Assembly: GCA_041563795.1 (NCBI GenBank)
Contig: JBFGRH010000001.1
Span: 1 to 30,893, forward strand
Reading direction: 5' to 3'
DNA: 30,893 bases
DNA from: Nitrospiraceae bacterium
GTDB lineage: Bacteria > Nitrospirota > Nitrospiria > Nitrospirales > Nitrospiraceae
Shown: positions 8,613-17,646 of the stretch, piece by piece
Layout: every line of letters begins with the position of its first letter
Numbering within the stretch: the stretch's first letter is position 1
Notes under the pieces: generated by a model
What the model was told of the DNA's origin: nothing
Databases searched by the model: none
Seen by the model: the letters and a program-made list of their open reading frames with translations, nothing else
Program-made: the position numbers and the translations under genes

Positions 8613-9867
8613 GAGTCGCCTCCGCCGTTCTTGCCGATCTTGAACGTCTTCTCGAAGCTGACCAGGCTCGGTGTGATGCGGAACGGCCGGCCGACCGAGT
8701 CGATCACCGCTTCCTGTGTCTTGAGCCCGTTGCCGGTGACATAGGCCACGGTGACGTCGCTCTTCTTGATGCTCCCCTGCTTCACCAGTTTCTTCAGCAC
8801 CCCGATGGTCACGCCGCCCGCAGTCTCGGCAAAGATGCCCTCCGTTTGCGCCAGCAGCTTGATGCCCTCCACCACTTCCTCGTCGGAGATCATGTCCATG
8901 GCGCCCTTGCTCTCGCCGGTGGCCTTCAGCGCGTAGTACCCGTCGGCCGGGTTGCCGATGGCCAGCGACTTCGCGATGGTCTTGGGCTTGACCGGTTTGA
9001 AGAAGTCGCGGCCCTCCTTGTAGGCGGTGGCGATCGGCGAGCAGCCTTCGGCCTGCGCGCCGTTGATCTTCGTCTGGACCTTGTCGATCAAACCCAGGGC
9101 CTTCATCTCGTGCAGGCCCTTCCAGATCTTGGTCAGCAGCGAGCCCGAGGCCATCGGAATCACCGCCTGGTCCGGCGCGCGCCAGCCGAGCTGCTCGACG
9201 GTCTCGAAGGCCAGGGTCTTGGAGCCCTCCGCATAGTAGGGCCGGATGTTGATGTTGACGAAGGCCCAGCCATGCTCGCCGGCGATCTCGCTGCACAGGC
9301 GGTTCACGTCGTCGTAGTTGCCCTCCACCTCGACGACATTCGGTTTGTAAATCAGGTTCCCCAGCACCTTGGCCGCTTCCAGGTCCGCCGGGATGAACAC
9401 GTAGCACTTCATGCCGGCCGCGGCCGCGTGGGCTCCACGGAGTTGGCCAGGTTGCCGGTCGAGGCGCAGGCGACGGTTTCGAACCCCAGCTCGCGCGCGC
9501 GCGTGAGCGCCACGGATACGACCCGGTCCTTGAACGACAGCGTCGGGTGGTTCACCGTGTCGTTCTTGATGTAGAGCTCGTCGAGGCCCAGATACGCACC
9601 GAGGTTTTTTGCGCGCACCATCGGGGTGAGGCCGGCATGGGGCCCGATCACGGAGGCGACCGAGGCGCTTTCGACGGGCAGCAGATCCAGGTACCGCCAC
9701 ATGCTCTGCGGGCCGTCCTCGATCTTCTCGCGCGAGATGCCCTGCTTGATCTCGTCGTAGTTGTACTTGACCTCCAGCGGGCCAAAGCACAACTCGCAGA
9801 CGTGGATCGCCTTGGTCGGGTATTCCTTCCCGCATTCCCGGCAGACCAGCGATTTCATCTTGGCCAT
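8609..9867 (-). pseudogene. thrC: Threonine-synthase-like PLP (fold II) enzyme with N-terminal Zn ribbon, interrupted by a 1-nt deletion at 9434/9435 (pseudogene, split gene or sequence error)
   Basis: Frame 1: MAKMKSLVCRECG...CELC...NHPTLSFKDR...CASTGNLANSV. Frame 2: AHAAAAGMKCYVF...EGSKT...PMASGSLL...IFAETAGG...TGNGLKT. Length 1259 nt is 3n-1; one added C restores GTG GCA GCC CAC (VAAH) and a 419-aa protein. Confidence 0.9.
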
Positions 9868-9884
9868 GGCAAAGACCTTCTGGT

Positions 9885-10712
9885 TTAACGGACGGCCGCG
9901 GCTCCGGAGGGCCGGAGTTCGCAGGCCTCCTGCTCGTAGTCGACCAGCGTCGTGATCGTCGGATGCTCGCTGCAGACCGGGCAGTTCGGGTTGCGTTTCG
10001 TCTTGATCTCGCGGAACGAGGCCTTCTTCGCGTCGTAATCCAGCAACCGGTCGGTCAACGGACGGCCGATGCCCAGCACGACCTTCAAGGCCTCCGTGGC
10101 CTGGATCGTCCCGATGACGCCCGCCAGCGCACCGATCACGCCGGCCTCCTGGCAGCTGGCGACCAACCCCGCGGGCGGCGGCTGCTTGAAGACGCACCGG
10201 TAACAGGCCGACTTCTTCGGCAGGATCGTGGTCACGCGGCCGTCAAACCGGAGGATGCCGCCGTGGACCAGCGGCTTGCCGGCCAGCACGCAGGCATCGT
10301 TGATGAGGAACTTGGCCGGAAAATTGTCCACCCCGTCGATCACCACGTCATAGCCGGCGACGAGTTTCAAGGCGTTGTCGGCGACAAAGCGTTCTTCGTG
10401 CATCACGACCTGGACGTCGGGGTTGAGGGCCTGGATCTTTTCCTTGGCCGACAGGACCTTGGACCGGCCCACGTCGGGGGTGTAGTGGATGATCTGACGC
10501 TGCAAATTGGAGAGGTCCACCGCGTCGCTGTCGATGAGGCCGATCGTGCCGACTCCCGCCGCGGCCAGATAGAACGCGGCCGGGGAGCCGAGGCCGCCGG
10601 CCCCGACGATGAGGATCTTCGCCTTGGCGATCTTCTTCTGCCCCTTGCCGCCCACCTCGGGCAGCAGGATGTGCCGGCTGTATCTGGTGACCTGTTCGTC
10701 CGTGAATTCCAT
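9885..10712 (-). CDS. moeB: MoeB/ThiF/HesA-family E1-like adenylyltransferase #1, no rhodanese domain
   Basis: RYSRH, GAGGLG, DLSNLQRQ, DGVDNF, CYRC...CPVC, SCQEAG. Confidence 0.93.
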   Translation of the reverse strand: MEFTDEQVTRYSRHILLPEVGGKGQKKIAKAKILIVGAGGLGSPAAFYLAAAGVGTIGLIDSDAVDLSNLQRQIIHYTPDVGRSKVLSAKEKIQALNPDVQVVMHEERFVADNALKLVAGYDVVIDGVDNFPAKFLINDACVLAGKPLVHGGILRFDGRVTTILPKKSACYRCVFKQPPPAGLVASCQEAGVIGALAGVIGTIQATEALKVVLGIGRPLTDRLLDYDAKKASFREIKTKRNPNCPVCSEHPTITTLVDYEQEACELRPSGAAAVR

Positions 10713-10714
10713 GG

Positions 10715-11640
<926 letters not shown>

Positions 11641-11644
<4 letters not shown>

Positions 11645-11841
11645 CGGCCACCGCCCATGTAAAAGAGAAACTCCAACGCGTCGCCTTCCTTGACCTGGGT
11701 GGTGGCAAGGGTGTCCCGCTCCACCATGGCGTCGTTCAACTCGACGGCGACCATGTGCGGGTCGATATTTTTCGCTTTCAGCAGGTCCAAAACCGTCGCC
11801 CCCTGGACCTCTTCCGGCTTCCCGTTGATTTTGACCTGCAT
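11641..11841 (-). CDS. thiS: ThiS-like ubiquitin-like sulfur carrier, 66 aa, ending YMGGG-R
   Basis: MQVKINGK...VAVELND...VKEGDALEFLFYMGGGR; ThiS length and pattern. Alternative GTG start at 11844. Confidence 0.88.
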
Positions 11842-11877
11842 CACTCCAACTTGGCTTCAAGATTGAGGAATTTCGAC

Positions 11878-11907
11878 ACGATAACAAGCAAGCCGCGCCC
11901 TTGTCAA
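11878..11907 (-). promoter_or_regulatory. sigma70-type promoter of the sulfur-carrier operon
   Basis: Minus strand TTGACA (11907-11902), 18 nt, TG-T-TATCGT (11883-11878), an extended -10. Confidence 0.6.
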
Positions 11908-12038
11908 GGCAACGGAGATTGACCATTGAGAGCACAAAATCGCGGAAAGGATTCACCGAAATCCTGGGAAAATAGGGAAGCTGGAAGTGCCGGCTGGATC
12001 GTGGCTTGACATCGTGAGCCCATCTCTTGGAGGATGCC

Positions 12039-12455
12039 ATGCGCTTAAAGCAGTACCCATGGGAGGAACAGGCGGTGATGTGGAAACGGAATTTTCTCTT
12101 TAAGGCGGCGGAGGCGGCGCCGCTCGAGCAATCCGAGAACGAGCTCTTTCACGATGCCGAGCCGGCCATGGACAGCGCCGGTATGCAACTCGAGAAATTT
12201 ATCTCAGTCTGGGTGCAGGGGGAGGGGAAGGACGACACGCCCACCATGTTTACCAACGTCTATGTCCGGACGGCGACGCTGGACACGTCCAGAAACACGG
12301 GATTTCTCCAGCCGTTGCAGGGGCGGACCCACCAGATCAAGCAGATGCTCACGCCGGGGCAGAAGACCTACTTGAAAAACTGGCTGAGCAAGGCGTCCCC
12401 GAAGGCCTGGGAAGAGTCCGACGACACCTTCAGGGAACTCTTCGAGCAGGACTAG
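12039..12455 (+). CDS. Conserved hypothetical protein (start 12039 or 12078)
   Basis: GGAGG SD before both candidate ATGs; ~138-aa soluble ORF; first of a plus-strand run of five genes. Confidence 0.7.
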   Translation: MRLKQYPWEEQAVMWKRNFLFKAAEAAPLEQSENELFHDAEPAMDSAGMQLEKFISVWVQGEGKDDTPTMFTNVYVRTATLDTSRNTGFLQPLQGRTHQIKQMLTPGQKTYLKNWLSKASPKAWEESDDTFRELFEQD

Positions 12456-12464
12456 CCCGCACAC

Positions 12465-13016
12465 ATGTCGCATGGGTTACGACAGGCCGTGGCCGCGATC
12501 GGCGCGGCAGTCTGGCTGGCCGGTGTCCCTGTGGCTCCGCCCGAAGCCATCGCCGCGCCTTCCATCGAGATCTATTACGCGCCGGAGGACCTCCCGGGGG
12601 ACCGGCTGGCGTCGCTCTACGGGAAAGCCCGTCGGTACATCTATGTCGCGACATACGGCCTTACCTATCCGCCGATCGTCAGGGCGCTGGTCGCGGCCCA
12701 CAAGCGCGGCGTGGATGTGCGGCTCATCACGGACCGGGAACGGCTGAAGGATCCCAAGCAGCGGTCGGCCGTGGAGACACTCCTGCTGGCCGGGATCCCC
12801 GTCAAGGTCAACCGGCATGAAAACCTGATGCATCTGAAGCAGGCCGTGATGGACGACGAGGTCAACATGTCCGGCTCGATGAATCACACCGGCAGCGGCA
12901 ATCGCTACAATGACGAGCGGCTGGACGTGGTCACCGACCCGGTCACGAGCGCCCAGGCGCGCGACAAGTTCCTGGCGATGTGGAAGGACCGGGAACGCTA
13001 CGGAGATTGGAAGTGA
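12465..13016 (+). CDS. Exported single-HKD phospholipase D-family protein (Nuc/Zucchini-like)
   Basis: HLKQAVMD is HxKx4D, followed by SGSMN; signal peptide ending AIA-AP; VRLITD motif. Confidence 0.88.
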   Translation: MSHGLRQAVAAIGAAVWLAGVPVAPPEAIAAPSIEIYYAPEDLPGDRLASLYGKARRYIYVATYGLTYPPIVRALVAAHKRGVDVRLITDRERLKDPKQRSAVETLLLAGIPVKVNRHENLMHLKQAVMDDEVNMSGSMNHTGSGNRYNDERLDVVTDPVTSAQARDKFLAMWKDRERYGDWK

Positions 13017-14320
13017 CGGAGCGGGCGGATGTGGTGATTGTCGGCGCGGGCGGGGGCGGGGCCGTGCTCGGCCTGGCCCTGGCGCAAAAAGGCATCACGA
13101 GTATCGTGCTGGAACAGGCCTCGGGGCCGCCGACCGGCCTGCGCGGGGAGATCCTGCAGCCCAACGGCCAGCAGATCCTGGCTCGGCTCGGCGTGCTGGA
13201 TCAACTGCCCGCCGATGCCATGCGGGCGGTCCGGTATTTTCATTTTTGCAAAGTGGGAGGCGCCCGGGAAGGGGCGCGTCTTGGCGCGCCCGGGGTGGGC
13301 GGGTGTGAAAGGCTTTGCACTGCCGATTACGAGACGCTCCCGCCGCCCTACAATCGCGCGATCGTGACCTTGCCGAATGTGGCACACCATGCGATCCTGA
13401 AGGCATTGGAACAGGCGGCGCCCGGTGCGCTTCGTTACGGGACGACATTCAAAGGATTGCGGCGGGAGGGAGACCGGATCGTCGGCGTGGATGTCGAGCG
13501 CAGGGGGCAGGTCTCGATGATACCGGCCCGGCTGGTCGTGGGGGCCGACGGCGCATTCTCGAAGGTCCGCGAGGCCCTGGGCATTCCGGCAAAGCTGCAT
13601 CTCTATCGCGAGGGCTATCTGATCGCCATCCTGGATTCCCCGGACGGGCTGGACGAGGGGCGGTATTTCGTGGGACGCGGAGAAATCCTGGGCCTGTTTC
13701 CGGCCGCCGGCCAAAAGGTCTACCTCTTCGACATGATCCCGGCCGGCTCGATGGAGCGGGTCAAGGCGGAAGGGATCGAAGCACGAATCACAAAATGGAC
13801 GCGCATCGATCCGTCGCTCGAAAAGACGTTCCGCACCCTCACGGACTGGAGGCAGACGGCCTATATGCCCACCGGCCGCGTGAGAACGAGTCGATGGGTG
13901 GCCGATGGGGCGGTCTTGATCGGTGACGCGGCCCATGCCATGAACCCCCATGCCTCGCAGGGGCGCATGCAGGCGATGGCCGATGCGATGGCACTGGCCG
14001 ATTTGATTCCCCGATGCCTGGAGAAGGGGGACTTCTCGGCGTCCGCCTTGGGCGAATTCGAACGGCGAAGACGGCCCCAGGTGACGATGTTGCAACGCAT
14101 GGCGGACGAACAGGTGATCTTCTGGAACACCAGCAACCCGGGGCTGGCGTTCCTGCGCGATCGCGTGTTCCGGACCATCGGCCGGAATCGCCGGTTGAGC
14201 TACAAGGTGCTGGAAACAACGGCGGGGTTGCGCGAGACGCCGCCGTTTGGGCTCCTGGATCGGCTCATGGCCGGGGGATTCCTGCCGGATCCGAATGCCG
14301 ACAGGGTGGGGCATGCCTGA
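13013..14320 (+). CDS. FAD-dependent monooxygenase (UbiH/aromatic hydroxylase-like), 435 aa
   Basis: DVVIVGAGGGG dinucleotide fold, VVGADG, VLIGDAAHAMNPHASQG. GTGA overlap with the PLD gene. Confidence 0.9.
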   Translation: MTERADVVIVGAGGGGAVLGLALAQKGITSIVLEQASGPPTGLRGEILQPNGQQILARLGVLDQLPADAMRAVRYFHFCKVGGAREGARLGAPGVGGCERLCTADYETLPPPYNRAIVTLPNVAHHAILKALEQAAPGALRYGTTFKGLRREGDRIVGVDVERRGQVSMIPARLVVGADGAFSKVREALGIPAKLHLYREGYLIAILDSPDGLDEGRYFVGRGEILGLFPAAGQKVYLFDMIPAGSMERVKAEGIEARITKWTRIDPSLEKTFRTLTDWRQTAYMPTGRVRTSRWVADGAVLIGDAAHAMNPHASQGRMQAMADAMALADLIPRCLEKGDFSASALGEFERRRRPQVTMLQRMADEQVIFWNTSNPGLAFLRDRVFRTIGRNRRLSYKVLETTAGLRETPPFGLLDRLMAGGFLPDPNADRVGHA

Positions 14321-15038
14321 GATACCGGAATCAGTCCGAGAGACATTGCGGCCCTATCTGGCGCAAGCGCAGGCACTCTTCGGCACTGCGCTCGAAGCCG
14401 TGATTCTCTACGGCAGCGCGGCGGGCGGGGAATACCTGCCGGGCCGGTCGAACATCAATCTGCTCATCCTGCTGGCGCGTCAGGACACGGATCTTTTGAA
14501 GCAATACGCCGCCATGCACAAACGATGGAAGAAGGAACAGATCGTCGTGCCCCTGTTCCTGACCCAGGCGGAGTTGCGTTCGTCGGTGGAGTTGTTCCCG
14601 CTCGAATATCTGGAAATCCAGGAACAGCACGTCTTGCTGGCCGGACGCGACCCTTTCCCGGAGATCAGGATAGACGGGCGCAACCTGCGGCTTCAGTGTG
14701 AGCAGGAGCTGCGCGGCAATCTTTTGCGGCTGCGTCAGCGGTTCGTGGAGGGCGGGGCGAGCACGGAAGCCATCACGATTCTCCTGCCGCTGTCGCTCAC
14801 GGCCTTGTTGCCCTGTCTTCGGGGATTGCTGCGCGCGGCGGGGAACCCGATCGGTCGTTCCAGCGAGGACGTTTTGAAGGCGGTCCAGCAGCAGTGGAAT
14901 GTCGACTGTTCGGCGTTTCAGGAAGTGCTGAGCTTGAAACGCGGCATCATCGGTCCCGGGCCCGCGGAGGCTCCGCGGTTGTTCGATCGATATGCCGCGA
15001 CGATACAGACCCTCGTGGACAAACTGGTTCGGCCATGA
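14313..15038 (+). CDS. Pol-beta-superfamily nucleotidyltransferase-fold protein with degenerate catalytic motif (SNIN)
   Basis: VILYGSAAGGEYLPGRSNINLLILL matches hG[GS]x(n)DhDh except that both Asp are Asn; C-terminal helical domain. Confidence 0.78.
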   Translation: MPEIPESVRETLRPYLAQAQALFGTALEAVILYGSAAGGEYLPGRSNINLLILLARQDTDLLKQYAAMHKRWKKEQIVVPLFLTQAELRSSVELFPLEYLEIQEQHVLLAGRDPFPEIRIDGRNLRLQCEQELRGNLLRLRQRFVEGGASTEAITILLPLSLTALLPCLRGLLRAAGNPIGRSSEDVLKAVQQQWNVDCSAFQEVLSLKRGIIGPGPAEAPRLFDRYAATIQTLVDKLVRP

Positions 15039-15805
15039 ATCGCTCGTGGGGTGTTCTCGGCCTGGCCCTCTTCCTTCTTCCGCAGGCGGCGTTCGCAGTG
15101 CCACAGGACAAGCCGCCTGGCGCACCTTCCTATCCCTATCCCCGCCGAGCCGAGACGCGGCCCTCTCCGCTGCCCGATCCGATGGGCTACGTGAGCGACC
15201 ATGCCGGCGTGATCGCTCCGGCATGGAAGGAACGCATCCGCTCCGTCTGCCAGGACCTCGAGCGCAAGACCGGCGTGGAAATGGTCGTGGTGACGGTGCC
15301 GTCCACAAGGCCATACTCGACGGCCAAGGAGTACGCCGCGGCGCTCTATCAGCGATGGGGCATCGGCACGGCACAAAAGGAACATGGGGTGCTGGTGCTG
15401 GCGGTGATCGAGGGCCGGCAGGCGACGGTGACGCTGGGGAAAAGCATGGTGGCGATCATCACGCCGGCCATCGTGGCCGAGGTCGGCAGCAAGTACCTGG
15501 AGCCATCGTTCCGCCAGGCGCACTTTGAAGAGGGACTCTACCGCGCGACGGTCGCACTGGCCTCCGCCTCGCAACATGTGCAGATGGGCGAACCGTCACG
15601 GCACAAGCTGAAGGGATTCGGCATTTTTCTGACCGTGACGATGAGTCTCGGCGCGCTCTGGTTTCTCTGGTATATCAGCCGGCCGGACCTCCGGCACCCC
15701 TATGGACGCCTGCGGCGCGGACAATACTGGGGTAGCGGCCAAGGCGGCTTCGGCAACAACTTCGGCGGGCTCGGGGGTGGTATGAGCGGGGAGGGGCTGA
15801 AGTAA
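15035..15805 (+). CDS. TPM-domain (DUF477) membrane protein
   Basis: Signal peptide; YVSDHAGVI, EMVVVTVPS, WGIG...HGVLVL; one TM; Gly-rich tail. ATGA overlap. Confidence 0.9.
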   Translation: MNRSWGVLGLALFLLPQAAFAVPQDKPPGAPSYPYPRRAETRPSPLPDPMGYVSDHAGVIAPAWKERIRSVCQDLERKTGVEMVVVTVPSTRPYSTAKEYAAALYQRWGIGTAQKEHGVLVLAVIEGRQATVTLGKSMVAIITPAIVAEVGSKYLEPSFRQAHFEEGLYRATVALASASQHVQMGEPSRHKLKGFGIFLTVTMSLGALWFLWYISRPDLRHPYGRLRRGQYWGSGQGGFGNNFGGLGGGMSGEGLK

Positions 15806-15815
15806 TCGGAGCTTC

Positions 15816-16334
15816 TTATTTCTTCTCCGGCGCCTTGTGCATGGCGCCAATTGCATCAAGGCCGGCTTGCGCGCAGGCGTCATCAAGGTGAGTGCCGGGT
15901 GCGCCTCCGACGCCGATCCCGCCGACCACTTCATTGCCGAACTGGACCGGAAGCCCTCCACCAAGAACAAGAATGCTATCGTTCATTTTCCCCAGTTCCT
16001 GAAGGTGCGGCATCTTGGCGATGAGCTCGCCGAGTTCGCTGGTGGCCCGTCCGGTGCTGGCCGCGGTATAAGCCTTTTTCCGGCTGCTGTCGGGGGTATG
16101 CGGACCGGCGCCGTCCGCGCGCATCATCGCCCGCAGCACGCCGGCCTTGTCGACGACGGAGGCGCTGACTTTGTAGCCGTCCTTTGTGCACTTCTCTACG
16201 GCAGCCGATGCCGCTTTCGTCGCGAGCGCCAATGGGAGCACCGCTTCACGCGGCAGGTCTTCGGCCACGGCCACATTGGTCCAGTTCATCAACATGGCGA
16301 AGGTCAACAGGCTCATCCACTTCACGGATTCCAT
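15816..16334 (-). CDS. GlcG/HbpS-family heme-binding protein with signal peptide
   Basis: SVVDKAG, DGAGPHT...RKKAYTA, LGGGLPV...VGGIGVGG...DDACA. GGGAG SD before ATG at 16334. Confidence 0.9.
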   Translation of the reverse strand: MESVKWMSLLTFAMLMNWTNVAVAEDLPREAVLPLALATKAASAAVEKCTKDGYKVSASVVDKAGVLRAMMRADGAGPHTPDSSRKKAYTAASTGRATSELGELIAKMPHLQELGKMNDSILVLGGGLPVQFGNEVVGGIGVGGAPGTHLDDACAQAGLDAIGAMHKAPEKK

Positions 16335-16344
16335 TCTTGACTCC

Positions 16345-16779
16345 CTATTTGGCGGCTCGTTTTGGTACTGGTCGTTTCTCGTCCAGGTCCAGTAGGTCGG
16401 TCCAGCTTGTAATGTCGTGTCTTGTCGGGTCAACCGCATCGATCCGTTGCTTGAAATAGGCCCGATTCTCATCCGTGGTAGGCCCCCGGGTCAAAAATAG
16501 CTGGTTCCACAGCTCAATCTCGCTCGGGCCGCGTGGTTTTGCGTTGGTCTTGAACCATTCGCCCATGGCGGCGTCGTCCTTCTCAGCCACGCTTTTCGAG
16601 AAGCGCTCTGCGGTAATGCCGGCAAAGTCCAGCAAGCCCTGGTCCATCGGGCAGGGGTACTTGTACTCCCCCTGCATGCCGGCGATCGTCGCGCGACACT
16701 TGTCGATCATCCGGGGCAGCCACACATACCCGGCCAGTTTTTCCCGCGGGCTTCTCGGGTATTGCGTCCGAAGATCCAT
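16345..16779 (-). CDS. DUF5069-like protein
   Basis: DLRTQYPRSPREKLAGYVWLPRMIDKCRA...GEYKYPCPMD pattern; TGATG overlap with the upstream gene. Confidence 0.8.
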   Translation of the reverse strand: MDLRTQYPRSPREKLAGYVWLPRMIDKCRATIAGMQGEYKYPCPMDQGLLDFAGITAERFSKSVAEKDDAAMGEWFKTNAKPRGPSEIELWNQLFLTRGPTTDENRAYFKQRIDAVDPTRHDITSWTDLLDLDEKRPVPKRAAK

Positions 16780-17456
16780 CACAGCATCTTGTGATTCGAG
16801 AACGTCAAGGATTTCACCGTCACGTCGCCGTTCTCATAGGAGATGATCCGGCGGGTGGCGGGGAGGTCGGAGGCATCCACCCGCACGTGCGTGTCCGTGA
16901 AGCTCTCGACGTTGGTCAGTTTCGCGTCCTTGGGGGAGTAATAGTAGACGGTGTAGCGGGTGGTCAGGAACTTGTTGTCCTTGGTGACCATGCTGTCTTC
17001 CACGTTGATCGTGAAGCCGAAGGGCGGCGCGCCGGGATGGCCCATCTGGCGGTTGATCTGCGTAATCCGGTCGCCCTTGACCCGGTAGAACGAGTGCATC
17101 CCGTCGCCGTTGATGAAGAGCTTGGGGCCCATCGGGTGGTCCCTGTCGTCGCCCAGCGTGAGGGCGTACTTGCCGTCGGACTCCTCGAAGCTGCGGGGCC
17201 CGCGGTGCACTGCGATCATGCCGATCTGGTTCTCAGCCCATTTCTGGAGGTCGCCGTCCGGAAGGGAGACGGTCAGGTCCCGCGGGCCCTTCACCGTCAC
17301 GCTGCCCCTGGCTTCCTTCCCGTTCACGTTGACCGTGAGGTCGGCCGTGAAGCCCTTGAAATCGGCCTGCCAGCGGGCGGTGTTGCCAAAGGCCTTGCGC
17401 AGCATTTCACGCGCTTTCGGATCATCCTTGACGTCGGTCTTGTCTGTGGCTTGCAT
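16779..17456 (-). CDS. DUF3386-like protein
   Basis: AREMLRKAFGNTARWQADFKGFTADLTV...G-V-V pattern; beta-rich; AAAGGAG SD. Confidence 0.78.
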   Translation of the reverse strand: MQATDKTDVKDDPKAREMLRKAFGNTARWQADFKGFTADLTVNVNGKEARGSVTVKGPRDLTVSLPDGDLQKWAENQIGMIAVHRGPRSFEESDGKYALTLGDDRDHPMGPKLFINGDGMHSFYRVKGDRITQINRQMGHPGAPPFGFTINVEDSMVTKDNKFLTTRYTVYYYSPKDAKLTNVESFTDTHVRVDASDLPATRRIISYENGDVTVKSLTFSNHKML

Positions 17457-17474
17457 GGTCTGCTCCTTTATAGC

Positions 17475-17595
17475 AGGATGTTGAAAAAGGCCTCCAGCTT
17501 TGTTCTCGCATCGCTCGGAACCTCAACATACCAAAAAAAGTATGCCTCGGTCCCTCGCTCGCTGCGGCCGCGCTGGCGGCCTTTTTGAACATCCT
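17475..17595 (-). repeat. Dispersed ~121-bp palindromic repeat (MITE/REP-like), copy 1
   Basis: 18-bp terminal inverted repeats AGGATGTTGAAAAAGGCC / GGCCTTTTTGAACATCCT (1 mismatch). Its reverse complement aligns end to end with 28617-28738. Confidence 0.9.
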
Positions 17596-17610
17596 AGAGG
17601 GCCTCAATAG

Positions 17611-17639
17611 ATTATAAAAGGTCGTTTGACACTGCACAA
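17611..17639 (-). promoter_or_regulatory. sigma70-type promoter reading through repeat copy 1 into the DUF3386-DUF5069-HbpS operon
   Basis: Minus strand TTGTGC (17639-17634), 17 nt, TATAAT (17616-17611). Confidence 0.6.
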
Positions 17640-17646
17640 TGGTATG

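Noticed and set aside
12465-13016. PLD plus NTase as an anti-phage (CBASS-like) system
   Set aside because: The PLD has a signal peptide, the NTase lacks catalytic Asp residues and CD-NTase size, and the context is housekeeping-like in GC content with no mobility genes.
17422-17637. Short ORFs spanning the repeat copies (17422-17637, 28474-29208, 28581-29018)
   Set aside because: They read through the non-coding palindromic element and overlap real genes on the other strand.
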